Of a stretch of 22,850 nt of DNA, positions 5,002 to 14,292 are shown piece by piece (within the stretch, counting starts at the first letter, position 1; each line of letters starts with the position of its first letter). The notes beneath the pieces are model-generated. The model did not search any database and was not told the origin of the DNA. It saw nothing but the letters and a program-made list of their open reading frames with translations. The DNA comes from Planctomycetales bacterium (GTDB lineage: Bacteria; Planctomycetota; Planctomycetia; Planctomycetales; Planctomycetaceae). Both the position numbers and the translations under genes were made by a program. The DNA lies in contig JACRIH010000533.1 of the NCBI GenBank assembly GCA_016235885.1, positions 1 to 22,850 of the forward strand, written 5' to 3'.

Positions 5002-5550
5002 TCAATTCCCGCTGAACATCTGTAGTTCCTCATCCTTCATTGGATGCAGGCGGTGGACTTCGATGATCTTCCAGTCGGCCCCCTCCCGCTGCCACTTGAG
5101 TTCCCATCGCGACGGTTGATGCCCGGCGTTTGTCTGCTGGTACGAAACGGTCCCGTTGGCTCGGAACCGAGTCTTCGCGAGCGTTTCGCCGGCGAGCAGC
5201 GTCACCTGCACATCTTTTTTTTGGAGGAGGTTCAGGTTTTTGACGTTCTCGAGAGCGGCGTCTTTGGACATTTTCAGCAAGACCTCGCGCGCGGAGAAAA
5301 AGCTCAGCGTTCGATCGCGATCCGTGCGCTGAAACGCGGCGGTCAGGTCGCGGATGTTCTGTTCCAGTTGCTCGGCAGTCGTGACCACGAAGTGATCGAC
5401 GACAAACGCTGTCAGGGCCAGCGTGATGGCGGCGACGGCTCCGATCAGCAGACCTTTTCTCCGCTGCTGGTTCCAAACGACGAACAAGCCGACCGCTGCG
5501 ATCAGGCACGGAACGATGAGCGGCCACGGGTTTTCGGTGATCAGTCCCAT
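5002..5550 (-). CDS. Hypothetical membrane-anchored protein (two N-terminal TM helices, NTF2/SnoaL-like C-terminal fold guessed)
   Basis: ORF MGLITENPWPLIVPCLIAAVGLFVVW...LLIGAVAAITLALTAFVV..., then a soluble domain ending WKIIEVHRLH. ATG at 5548-5550; the track ORF starts 3 nt earlier at a TTG. No confident family assignment. Confidence 0.65.
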   Translation of the reverse strand: MGLITENPWPLIVPCLIAAVGLFVVWNQQRRKGLLIGAVAAITLALTAFVVDHFVVTTAEQLEQNIRDLTAAFQRTDRDRTLSFFSAREVLLKMSKDAALENVKNLNLLQKKDVQVTLLAGETLAKTRFRANGTVSYQQTNAGHQPSRWELKWQREGADWKIIEVHRLHPMKDEELQMFSGN

Positions 5551-5787
5551 CAATGAGAATCGCCGTCAGAAGGACGCTGGCCGCGAGTTACAAGGCCGCA
5601 GACGGAACGAACTATAGCCGTTCAAACGCCCGTTTCAATTGGCTTCGCAGCGTGCGGAAAATGCCCGCTGCGGTCGCTTGAATCCCCACGCGGGTTTTGT
5701 CATAGTCCAGCCCTTCTCCAACGGACCAACTGGGCCAGCGGTCGCGGTGCGACCCGGCGAGCAAAGTAGACCCGCAGAAGAAGTTTT

Positions 5788-5853
5788 GTAGCCACGCTCG
5801 CCAAGAGCGTGGGTTTTCCGCGATTTTCCCCACGCTCTTGGCGAGCGTGGCTA
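5788..5853. repeat. 26-bp perfect inverted repeat, nested-palindrome type, upstream of nuoH
   Basis: gtagccacgctcgccaagagcgtggg and cccacgctcttggcgagcgtggctac are exact reverse complements with a 14-nt T-rich spacer. Each arm holds an 8-bp palindrome ccacgctc..gagcgtgg; the left one is followed by gttttcc, giving a terminator-like hairpin. Confidence 0.7.
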
Positions 5854-5892
5854 CCCCGAGATCAATGCGGTTACACTTGGCAAAGGTGAAGT

Positions 5893-7212
5893 ATGCCCGC
5901 ACTGTTTGCGGCGGACAGCAGCATCGCGAAGTTTCTTTCCGATCATATCGGTGAGACGTGGGGCTACGGCCTTACCGCGCTGATCCACGCCGTGCTCATC
6001 ATCCATTTTTTCGCCGTCGCGCCGCTGTTCTACATCTGGCTGGAACGGAAGGTGGCCGGGCGAATTCAGGATCGGCTGGGACCGACCCGCGTCGGCGGCA
6101 AGTTCGGCTGGCTGCAAACTTTGGCCGACGGCATCAAGCTGATTCAAAAGGAAGACCTCTGCCCGGGCGCGGCCGACAGGTTCCTGTTCCGGCTGTCTCC
6201 GTACTTGGTGTTCGTGGCCTCGTTCGGCGCGTTCCTGACGCTGCCGTGGTCCGACGGCTGGATCGCTCAGAATCTCGACATCGGTGTGTTTTTCATGCTG
6301 GCGGTGATGTCGCTGGAAGTCATCGGCGTGGTGTTCGCCGGGTATTCGAGCGGTTCGAAATGGGCGCTGTTCGGTGGCATGCGCGAAGCGGCTCAGGTCG
6401 TGAGCTACGAAATCCCGATGGCGATCTGTGCCCTCGTGCCCGTCATCGTCGCCGGGACGCTGAACATGGTGGACATCGGCCGGATGCAATCAGGTTGGTT
6501 CACCAATTGGTTCGTGTTGCACGACCCGTTTTGTTGTCTCGCGTTTTTCGTCTACTTCACCGTGGCCACGGCCAGCGTCAAGCGGGCACCGTTTGATCTG
6601 GCGGAAGCGGAAAGCGAACTCGTCGCCGGATTCCACACGGAATACAGCGGCATTCGCTGGTCGTACTTTTTCATGGCCGAATACGCCAGCATGTTTGCCG
6701 TGTCGGGAATCGCGACCGCGCTCTTCCTCGGCGGTTGGTACACGGGGATTGCTCCCATCGACGAAGGTTTGTTTGCCTCGATTCGCGAAGTGGGAGGGAG
6801 TCCGGCGGAAGGCGTGACGACTCTCGGCAGCTACGTCGTCAACCTCATCGGGATGACGATCTTCCTCGTCAAGGGAAGCGCTCTGGTGTTCTTCCAAATT
6901 TGGATCCGCTGGACACTCCCGCGGCTCCGCATCGATCAGGTGATGACCACCTGCCTGAAGTATTTGCTGCCGATCAGTTGCTTCCTGCTCGTCGGCGTCA
7001 GCGTGTGGCCGCTGTTGCTCAATTCCTGCATTGGGCGGACGACGCTGGTTCCCGGCGAAGCGGCCGCGCTGGGGAACAAGGTGCCGCGCGTCGCACCGAC
7101 AACTACCGGCCGAAAAACGGTGGCGATCTCACTCACAAACGACCACGGCGAAACGATTCCGGGAATCCTGTTTGATCCTGTGCCAATTACTGCTACTGCG
7201 GAACGAGAATAG
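5893..7212 (+). CDS. nuoH: NADH-quinone oxidoreductase subunit H (NuoH/ND1) with a C-terminal extension of about 60-100 aa
   Basis: WLERKVAGRIQDRLGPTRVGGKFGWLQTLADGIKLIQKEDL is the NuoH signature. The core ends near RIDQVMTTCLKYLLPISCFLLVGVSVWPLL and is followed by an extension without cysteine motifs. AGGTGA sits 6 nt before the ATG. Confidence 0.9.
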   Translation: MPALFAADSSIAKFLSDHIGETWGYGLTALIHAVLIIHFFAVAPLFYIWLERKVAGRIQDRLGPTRVGGKFGWLQTLADGIKLIQKEDLCPGAADRFLFRLSPYLVFVASFGAFLTLPWSDGWIAQNLDIGVFFMLAVMSLEVIGVVFAGYSSGSKWALFGGMREAAQVVSYEIPMAICALVPVIVAGTLNMVDIGRMQSGWFTNWFVLHDPFCCLAFFVYFTVATASVKRAPFDLAEAESELVAGFHTEYSGIRWSYFFMAEYASMFAVSGIATALFLGGWYTGIAPIDEGLFASIREVGGSPAEGVTTLGSYVVNLIGMTIFLVKGSALVFFQIWIRWTLPRLRIDQVMTTCLKYLLPISCFLLVGVSVWPLLLNSCIGRTTLVPGEAAALGNKVPRVAPTTTGRKTVAISLTNDHGETIPGILFDPVPITATAERE

Positions 7213-7259
7213 TCTTCCGGCATTGCCGGGTTCATCATCGCAAGGCAAGCAATCGAGAC

Positions 7260-7853
7260 ATGAGCGGAGCCAACTTTCTCTTTTGGGTGTATGCACTCGC
7301 CGCCGGCGGTTCGGCGATCGCGGTCGTTCTCACTCAAAACGTCGTGCGCATGGCGTTCTGGTTGATCGTATCGCTCGGTTCGACAGCCGGACTGTTTTTT
7401 CTGCTCGGCGCGGACTTTGTTGGGGCGGCTCAGCTTTTGGTTTACGTAGGCGGAACGCTCGTGCTGTTGATTTTCGGCGTGATGCTCACGGCGAGCGGGC
7501 CGTTCATCAACATGAAAACGAACCCCGGCGAATTGGTCTTGGCTGGTGTTGTCGGTTGCGCGTTGCTCGGAGTGATCCTGAGCACCACCGGCGCGGTCGC
7601 GTGGGATGCACTTCCCAGCTCGCAGCACCAACAAAAGCTTGGATTCAATCCACCAGAAGACGGTTCCACGCTGCGTCCGCTCGGGATGAGTTTCATCGGT
7701 CTGCGGCCGGACAAAGATTTGGATCGCAAGGGGACGTCCGGTCAATTGAGTACCGGATACCTGTTGCCGTTTGAAATTGTTTCGGTTCACCTTCTGGTCG
7801 TGCTAGTTGGAGCGGCATACCTCGCCCGAGCCAAGAGGCGTCAGGGTTCTTGA
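7260..7853 (+). CDS. nuoJ: NADH-quinone oxidoreductase subunit J (NuoJ/ND6)
   Basis: Hydrophobic NuoJ-like sequence MSGANFLFWVYALAAGGSAIAVVLTQNVVRMAFWLIVSLG...LLVYVGGTLVLLIFGVML. Placed between nuoH and nuoK. Confidence 0.85.
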   Translation: MSGANFLFWVYALAAGGSAIAVVLTQNVVRMAFWLIVSLGSTAGLFFLLGADFVGAAQLLVYVGGTLVLLIFGVMLTASGPFINMKTNPGELVLAGVVGCALLGVILSTTGAVAWDALPSSQHQQKLGFNPPEDGSTLRPLGMSFIGLRPDKDLDRKGTSGQLSTGYLLPFEIVSVHLLVVLVGAAYLARAKRRQGS

Positions 7854-7891
7854 ACTGTGGGAAGCGTGAAGAAAACTGTTTGGAGACGAAT

Positions 7892-8204
7892 GATGGAAGG
7901 CGTTGGACTGACCGAATACCTCGTCGTGGCGGGCATCCTGTTCGTGAGCGGCGTCGTTTGCATGGCGACCAAGCGCAACGCGATCGGCGTGCTGATGGGT
8001 GTCGAACTGGTGCTGAACGGTGCGAACGTCAACTTCGTCGCCTTTTCGCGATACACCAAGCTGGGTTTGGATGGGCAAGTGATCTCGCTGTTCGTGATCG
8101 TTCTGGCTGCCGCCGAAGCGGCGGTCGCGCTCGCCATCGCCCTCAACTTTTACAACAACCACCTGACGATCGACGTCGATCGAGGCGACGAATTGAAGGG
8201 TTGA
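7892..8204 (+). CDS. nuoK: NADH-quinone oxidoreductase subunit K (NuoK/ND4L)
   Basis: MMEGVGLTEYLVVAGILFVSGVVCMATKRNAIGVLMGVELVLNGANVNFVAF is a classic NuoK. Start moved from 7857 to the ATGATG at 7892, which follows GGAGA. Confidence 0.85.
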
Positions 8205-8205
8205 A

Positions 8206-8290
8206 TGTAGGGTGGGACAAGCGAAGCGCTGGCCCACCAAACGCAAAACATCACGATGGTGGGCCTTCGCTTCGCTTGTCCCACCCTACA
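8206..8290. repeat. Palindromic dimer of the GTAGGGTGGGAC..GGCCCACCA REP-like unit, between nuoK and nuoL
   Basis: tgtagggtgggacaagcgaagcg (8206-8228) is the exact reverse complement of 8268-8290. The inner pair ggcccacc / ggtgggcc extends this to an 85-bp near-perfect palindrome. Confidence 0.7.
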
Positions 8291-8297
8291 CGAATGA

Positions 8298-10658
8298 ATG
8301 ATGGACCCACAAACCTACCAATCCACCGGCGAAATGCTGCGAAACCTGCTGACGCTGGCATGGTTGCTACCGCTGGCCGGCTTCGTCCTCGAAGTTTTCG
8401 CTGGCTATTGGAGCCATCGGCTCAGCCGGGCGGCGGCGTATTCCGCCGTGTTCTGTATCGCGGCCGGATTCGTGTGTAGTTTCGCGGCGCTGATGTACTG
8501 GGGCCACCAGACACACTGGTCGGCCTTGGAATCACACGCATCGCCGGCGGACCATCACGACGTGCTGAAGTATTTTTCCGGGACGTATTACACGCTGGCC
8601 GAATTCGGCAAGCTGCGGATTGCCATCGACTACCACATCGACAGCCTGACGCTGGTGATGTTCACGATGGTGACGCTGATCGCGACGATGATTCATATTT
8701 TCGCCATCGGCTACATGTCGGACGAATTGACGGAGCATTACGAAGATCATCAGGTCCACACGGCCCACGGACACTTCCACCGGCCCGGGCGGTTCTACAT
8801 GTTCTTTGCGTACCTGTCCCTGTTCAGCTTCTCGATGCTGGGGCTGGTGCTGGCCGGAAATGTGTTCCAGGTGTTCGTGTTCTGGGAACTGGTCGGCGTT
8901 TGCAGCTATTTCCTGATCGGGTTCTACTTCGAACGCAAGTCGGCTTCGACGGCCGCGAACAAGGCGTTCATCATGAACCGCGTCGGGGATTTCGGGTTCC
9001 TCATCGGCCTGATGATCCTGTGGACGTGGTTCGGGACGTTCCAGTTCAACGAACGAGTCGAATCCGATGCCAACGGCAGAGATGTGGTCATGCCTGGGCT
9101 GTTCGACATGCTGCGAGACGATCACGGAAACGTCACAGTCCTGCCCGCCAACGATCACGATTCCTACGCGCGAGTGTTCCTCGCCGATCCGGGACATTCC
9201 GGCGCGCTGAAGCACGAGGGACACAAGGAAGGGAAGACGATGCCGTACTTCCTGCTGGTCGTGGCCGGGCTGGGAATCTTCGCGGGCTGTGTCGGCAAGA
9301 GCGCTCAGTTCCCGCTGCAAACGTGGTTGCCCGACGCGATGGAAGGCCCGACCCCCGTGTCGGCTCTGGTCCACTCGGCGACGATGGTGGCCGCCGGCGT
9401 GTATCTTGCCGGTCGGTTTTACCCGATGTTCCTCCCCGAAGTGCTGCTGACGATCGCGTACGTTGGCTGCATCACGTTGTTCATGGCGGCGACCATTGCG
9501 GTCGTCGCAACGGACATCAAGCGCGTGCTCGCCTATTCGACGATCAGCCAGCTCGGTTACATGATGCTCGGCATTGGCGTGGGAGGATGGACGGCGGGGC
9601 TGTTCCATCTCATCACGCACGCGTTCTTTAAGTCACTCATGTTCCTCTGCTCTGGCAGCGTGATTCATGGGTGCCATCACGAGCAGGAAATGCCCAAAAT
9701 GGGCGGCCTGATTCGCAAGATGCCGATTACCGCGTACACGATGCTCGTCGGAGTGATCGCGATTTGCGGACTGGCGATTCCCGGCATCTCGATCTTCGGC
9801 ATCAAGATTGCGTTCTCTGGCTACCACTCGAAGGACGCAATCATTGCCACGGCGATGACGTTCTCGCAGCTCAACGGTTCGCACTTCCTGTTGTTTGTCG
9901 TGCCACTCTTGGGCGCTGGTATCACCGCGTTCTACATGTTTCGGTTGTGGTTCTACACGTTCATCGGCCAACCGCGTGACCATCATGTGTACGACCACGC
10001 TCATGAATCTCCGGTGGTGATGTGGGCACCGCTGATTGTCCTCTCATTCTTTGCCGCGTTCGTCGCGTTCAAGGGAGAAGCCGGCAGCCTGTTCAAACTG
10101 CTGCTCGACACCGAACCGGCCAGCGTGGCACACGGGCTTCACGATGTAGGCTTGGCGGGAGATCTCAATTTCCCCAGCCACGTCGGTATCGAAGAGAACC
10201 ACAAGGCGGCCGGGTTGTACGCCCTGCTGGTGGCTGTCATGGGGACGACGCTCGCGTATCTGTTTTACGGAGCCCGCGTCCTGAATCCCGCCGAAGTGAA
10301 ACGCCAATTCGCGGGGGTCCACAACTTCCTCGTTGAAAAATGGCAGTTCGACATTCTGTACGATGCCGCCTTCGTCCGGCCGGTGCATGTCATCGCCAAA
10401 TGGTTTGTCGCGTTTGACCGCAACGTGCTGGATGGCTTCCTCCACGCGACGGCCCGCACCGCGGTCAGCATTGCGACGCTCGATCGGCGGTTCGACGAAA
10501 CGGTCGTCGATGGCCTCGTGAACTTGGTCGGGAATGTCACCTACGACGCGGGTCGGTCTCTGCGATACGTGCAGACCGGCCGGTTGCGGCAATACGTCAT
10601 GTTCATTGTGTTGGGTGTGGTGGGGATTTGGATTGTGATGCGGCTTTTCGCCGCTTAG
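8298..10658 (+). CDS. nuoL: NADH-quinone oxidoreductase subunit L (NuoL/ND5), unusually long (786 aa)
   Basis: Antiporter-like NuoL motifs (WLPDAMEGPTPVSALVHSATMVAAGVYL, HAFFKSLMFLCSGSVIHG). An inserted hydrophilic segment lies around residues 255-310. Confidence 0.9.
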   Translation: MMDPQTYQSTGEMLRNLLTLAWLLPLAGFVLEVFAGYWSHRLSRAAAYSAVFCIAAGFVCSFAALMYWGHQTHWSALESHASPADHHDVLKYFSGTYYTLAEFGKLRIAIDYHIDSLTLVMFTMVTLIATMIHIFAIGYMSDELTEHYEDHQVHTAHGHFHRPGRFYMFFAYLSLFSFSMLGLVLAGNVFQVFVFWELVGVCSYFLIGFYFERKSASTAANKAFIMNRVGDFGFLIGLMILWTWFGTFQFNERVESDANGRDVVMPGLFDMLRDDHGNVTVLPANDHDSYARVFLADPGHSGALKHEGHKEGKTMPYFLLVVAGLGIFAGCVGKSAQFPLQTWLPDAMEGPTPVSALVHSATMVAAGVYLAGRFYPMFLPEVLLTIAYVGCITLFMAATIAVVATDIKRVLAYSTISQLGYMMLGIGVGGWTAGLFHLITHAFFKSLMFLCSGSVIHGCHHEQEMPKMGGLIRKMPITAYTMLVGVIAICGLAIPGISIFGIKIAFSGYHSKDAIIATAMTFSQLNGSHFLLFVVPLLGAGITAFYMFRLWFYTFIGQPRDHHVYDHAHESPVVMWAPLIVLSFFAAFVAFKGEAGSLFKLLLDTEPASVAHGLHDVGLAGDLNFPSHVGIEENHKAAGLYALLVAVMGTTLAYLFYGARVLNPAEVKRQFAGVHNFLVEKWQFDILYDAAFVRPVHVIAKWFVAFDRNVLDGFLHATARTAVSIATLDRRFDETVVDGLVNLVGNVTYDAGRSLRYVQTGRLRQYVMFIVLGVVGIWIVMRLFAA

Positions 10659-10667
10659 CAGTTCGTC

Positions 10668-10775
10668 GCCCTGTCGCTCCGCGACAGGAAAGCCGAATGC
10701 ATTTGAGTCATTGTTGTTGAAGACACATTCTGAGTCGTCTGGAAACTTGGCTGTCCTGTCGCGGAGCGGCAGGGC
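10668..10775. repeat. Nested-palindrome element with CGCTCCGCG core (family copy B), between nuoL and nuoM
   Basis: Arms gccCTGTCGCTCCGCGACAGg / cCTGTCGCGGAGCGGCAGggc with one mismatch. Each arm is palindromic. The gccgaatg and ggctac segments are shared with copy A. Confidence 0.65.
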
Positions 10776-10808
10776 TACTTTTCGGATTTTAAGGTAAGAC
10801 CTGTCATC

Positions 10809-12398
10809 ATGAGTAATGAATTCCTACTGAGTGCGATCATCTTCCTGCCCACGGTTGGTGCATTGGTCCTGTCGATCATGGACGGTGGAGCCGAAAAAGC
10901 CCTGCGCAAGATCGGCTATTTCACGACTGCGGCGACGTTCGCGCTGACCCTGGTCCTGCTGGCCGAATTCGATTCGAGCGTCTCCGGAATGCAGATGGAA
11001 GTGAAAGCCGAGTGGATCAAGAACTGGAATGTTAACTACCAGCTTGGGGTGGACGGGATCAGCCTGACGCTCGTGCTGTTGACCGGGCTGGTCTGTTTTC
11101 TGGCCATGCTGGCATCGGATAGCATCAAAAAGGATATCAAGGGTTACCTGATCCTGTTCCTGCTGCTGGAAACCGGGATGCTCGGAGTATTCCTCTCGCT
11201 CGACTTCTTCCTGTTCTACGTGTTCTGGGAAGTGATGCTCCTGCCGATGTACTTCCTGATCGGCATCTGGGGCGGCCCGCGCCGTGAATACGCGGCGATG
11301 AAGTTCTTCCTGTACACGCTCGTCGGCAGCGTGCTGATGCTGATCGCCCTGTTGATGTTCTACTTCGGCAGCGCGACAACGACGAGCCCCGGTTCGTTTG
11401 ACCTGCTGCACCTGGCGAGAATTGGTCAGGGAAAAGTTCCGGGCTTGGTGTTCAGCGAAACTCTGCAGATGACCGCTTTCGTGTTGCTGTTCATTGGGTT
11501 CGCGATCAAGGTGCCGGTGGTTCCGTTCCACACATGGTTGCCCGATGCCCACGTCGAAGCGCCCACTCCGATCAGCATGATTCTGGCGGGAGTCCTGCTG
11601 AAGATGGGCGGCTACGGCATCCTCCGTATCGCGTTCCCCATTTGCCCGCAGGGTGCTCAATGGGCGTCGTATGTCCTGGTTTTCCTGGGTGTCCTCAGCA
11701 TTATTTATGGCGCGTTCGCCGCGATGGCTCAGACGGACTTCAAGCGACTGGTGGCCTACAGTTCGGTGAGTCACATGGGTTACGTGTTGCTCGGGATCGC
11801 TGTGTGGAAACTCTCCGAGGGGAAGACGGTGGGCGCCGAGTACTGGAAGATGGGAATGAACGGTGCCATGTTCCAGATGCTGGCTCACGGCATTTCGTCG
11901 GCTGGCATGTTCTTTATGGTGGGGGTGATCTATGACCGGGTCCACCACCGCGACGTGAACAAGTTCGGTGGCCTGATGGGACTGATGCCGCTGTACGGTG
12001 GCCTCGCCGTCGGAATCTTCTTCGCGGGGCTGGGCCTGCCGGGTCTGTGCGGATTCATTGGCGAAGTGTTCACCGTGCTCAGTGCTTGGAACTACCACCC
12101 GATCATGGCAATCATCTCGGCGTCTGGGGTGATCCTCACCGCCGGTTACATCCTGTGGACCATCCAGCGCGTGTTCCTCGGCCCCGAATACAAAGGACCG
12201 CACCCCGAAGCCATCACGCCGATTCTGCCGCGCGAAGCGTTCATTGGATTCGTGCTGCTCGGATTTGCGATCCTGTTGGGTGTGTATCCCGAATCGATGT
12301 TCGGTCTGATGCGAGAGTCGATCAATCAGTTGGTGAACGACCTTGTCAAAGTGGACATGTCATCCCTCGCCGGAGTCAACACGCTGCTGAAACGATAG
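10809..12398 (+). CDS. nuoM: NADH-quinone oxidoreductase subunit M (NuoM/ND4)
   Basis: FFLFYVFWEVMLLPMYFLIGIWGG and HTWLPDAHVEAPTPISMILAGVLLKMGGYGILR are NuoM signatures. AAGGTAAGA lies upstream of the ATG. Confidence 0.9.
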   Translation: MSNEFLLSAIIFLPTVGALVLSIMDGGAEKALRKIGYFTTAATFALTLVLLAEFDSSVSGMQMEVKAEWIKNWNVNYQLGVDGISLTLVLLTGLVCFLAMLASDSIKKDIKGYLILFLLLETGMLGVFLSLDFFLFYVFWEVMLLPMYFLIGIWGGPRREYAAMKFFLYTLVGSVLMLIALLMFYFGSATTTSPGSFDLLHLARIGQGKVPGLVFSETLQMTAFVLLFIGFAIKVPVVPFHTWLPDAHVEAPTPISMILAGVLLKMGGYGILRIAFPICPQGAQWASYVLVFLGVLSIIYGAFAAMAQTDFKRLVAYSSVSHMGYVLLGIAVWKLSEGKTVGAEYWKMGMNGAMFQMLAHGISSAGMFFMVGVIYDRVHHRDVNKFGGLMGLMPLYGGLAVGIFFAGLGLPGLCGFIGEVFTVLSAWNYHPIMAIISASGVILTAGYILWTIQRVFLGPEYKGPHPEAITPILPREAFIGFVLLGFAILLGVYPESMFGLMRESINQLVNDLVKVDMSSLAGVNTLLKR

Positions 12399-12503
12399 AG
12401 TTGACAGTTTGCCGAACTCGCCAGAGTTCGGAAGCTGTTGTGTTTTCTGAATTCTGGCGAATTCAGCTACGTTCGCTGTCGAAGTGGAACAAAGAACCGG
12501 ACC

Positions 12504-14252
12504 ATGCCGTTTTCCTCCCTGGTTGATTCCCTGATGCAAGACACGCTTGGCGTGTCGTTGCCATTGTTCGCGACGGAATTGGCGATCTGCGCCACGATCG
12601 TGTTGCTGCTGCTGTTCCGATTGTTGAATCTGGACCAGCGAATCCCCGGTGCCGTTCTGGCACTGGCGGGCAGTATTGCCGGGTTGGGTCTGGCGGTGAT
12701 GCAGCATCTGCAATACAGCCAGGAAGCGGATCTTGTCGGTCAGTCGGTCGAAATCTTCACCGGCTTGTTGATCTACGATCAGTTTACGATTTACCTCCGC
12801 ATCTTTCTGATGCTGTTCCTGGTGCTGGTCGTGTACCTGACCATGCTCGGTGGCATTCCCGACCGCGAGGACGCTCCCGATTTCTACGTGCTGCTGCTCG
12901 GTTCAACACTGGGCATGTTGCTGATGGCCAGCGCGAATCACCTGCTGATCGTGTTCCTCGCCATTGAAATGACCAGCGTGCCGAGTTACGCGATGGTCGG
13001 GTTCCTCAAGGGGCGGCGGCAAAGCAGCGAAGCGGCGCTCAAATACGTGGTGTACGGTGCCGGTGCCGCGGGCGTGATGCTGTACGGAATCAGCCTGCTG
13101 TCCGGATTGCTCGGCACGGCCAACCTGCCCGAACTGGCGCAGGCCCTCACCGCACTCGGGGGCGCGGATAGTGCGCTAGATCAGCCGTCCCTGTGGACGC
13201 TGTCGCTGGCCATTTTGATGGTCCTCGTAGGCGTGGCGTTCAAATTGTCGATCGTCCCGTTCCATTTCTGGTGTCCGGACGCTTTCGAAGGCGCGTCGGC
13301 CGAAGTCGCGGGTTATCTCTCGGTTGCCTCCAAGGGTGCAGCGTTCGCGCTGTTGGTAAGATTTTGTCTCGCCATGACTGGTTCGGCGGTCCCTGCTGGT
13401 GATTTGCAGACCGTGTTCGTCCATCTGGGTTTCGGCATCGGGATCATCGCGGCCATTTCAGCGACGTTCGGCAACCTCGCCGCGTACACGCAGACCAACA
13501 TCAAACGGATGCTGGCGTATTCGACCATCGCGCACGCCGGCTACATGCTGATGGCGGTCGCCGCACTGTTGGTCATCCTCGGTTCGCCCGACGCTCCGGA
13601 CGGTGGGGCCCAACGCACCGAACACGCGATCCGCGCCGTATCCGGCTTGCTGTATTACCTCGTCGTGTACCTGTTCATGAACCTTGGAGCATTCGCCATC
13701 GTGGCGATCATCCGCAACCAGACATTCAGCGAACAGATTGAAGACTACTCCGGATTGGTGCGGCAGTCGCCGGCACTGGCCGTGTGCATGCTGGCCTGCA
13801 TGTTCAGCCTGATCGGCATGCCGCCACTCGGCGGGTTCGTCAGCAAGGTGATGGTCTTCGCATCGGTCTTCAAATCCACAGAGTATTACTGGCCGATGTG
13901 GTTCATCCTGTCCGCCGGCGTTCTGAACACCGTGTTCAGCCTGATCTACTACGTGAACGTGCTCAACTACATGTTCTTCAAGCCGCCCCGCGAGCATCTC
14001 GAACCGGTCAACGTTCCATTGGCGAGCGCCTACGGTCGTTATGCCCTCCTCGTAACCCTGCCGGTGTTCCTGCTGGGTGTGATGGTGAACCGGATTGACG
14101 ACGTCGCCTACAGCGCGTCGGCCAGTCTCAAATCGTTTTCCGTTCCAGTCGTCGCCAACCACGACAATGCTGACCCACCCCGGCAGTCGGTCCGTTCGAC
14201 TCCGGCGATCCCCGCCCCCGTCGAAGCTGCCACCCCGGTGTCCGGCGGGTGA
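12504..14252 (+). CDS. nuoN: NADH-quinone oxidoreductase subunit N (NuoN/ND2) with a Pro/Ala-rich C-terminal tail
   Basis: Antiporter-like membrane protein (IEMTSVPSYAMVGFLKG, FHFWCPDAFEGASAEVAGYLSVASKGAAF). Start set at ATG 12504 (MPFSSLV...). Last roughly 90 aa are low-complexity. Confidence 0.85.
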   Translation: MPFSSLVDSLMQDTLGVSLPLFATELAICATIVLLLLFRLLNLDQRIPGAVLALAGSIAGLGLAVMQHLQYSQEADLVGQSVEIFTGLLIYDQFTIYLRIFLMLFLVLVVYLTMLGGIPDREDAPDFYVLLLGSTLGMLLMASANHLLIVFLAIEMTSVPSYAMVGFLKGRRQSSEAALKYVVYGAGAAGVMLYGISLLSGLLGTANLPELAQALTALGGADSALDQPSLWTLSLAILMVLVGVAFKLSIVPFHFWCPDAFEGASAEVAGYLSVASKGAAFALLVRFCLAMTGSAVPAGDLQTVFVHLGFGIGIIAAISATFGNLAAYTQTNIKRMLAYSTIAHAGYMLMAVAALLVILGSPDAPDGGAQRTEHAIRAVSGLLYYLVVYLFMNLGAFAIVAIIRNQTFSEQIEDYSGLVRQSPALAVCMLACMFSLIGMPPLGGFVSKVMVFASVFKSTEYYWPMWFILSAGVLNTVFSLIYYVNVLNYMFFKPPREHLEPVNVPLASAYGRYALLVTLPVFLLGVMVNRIDDVAYSASASLKSFSVPVVANHDNADPPRQSVRSTPAIPAPVEAATPVSGG

Positions 14253-14292
14253 ACCGTCGTCGAGTTCACCAATTTCTCGGACAAACGCAACC

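Noticed and set aside
5612-5902. 96-aa minus-strand ORF in the region upstream of nuoH
   Set aside because: It spans the 26-bp perfect inverted repeat and has no RBS or recognisable family. It is more likely non-coding.
8532-12203. Long antisense ORFs inside the nuo genes (8532..9620 -, 10824..12203 - at 459 aa, 5851..6489 -, 13458..14324 -)
   Set aside because: The plus-strand frames have unambiguous NuoH/L/M/N signatures. The antisense frames give Arg/His/Asp-rich low-complexity sequence typical of high-GC antisense reading.
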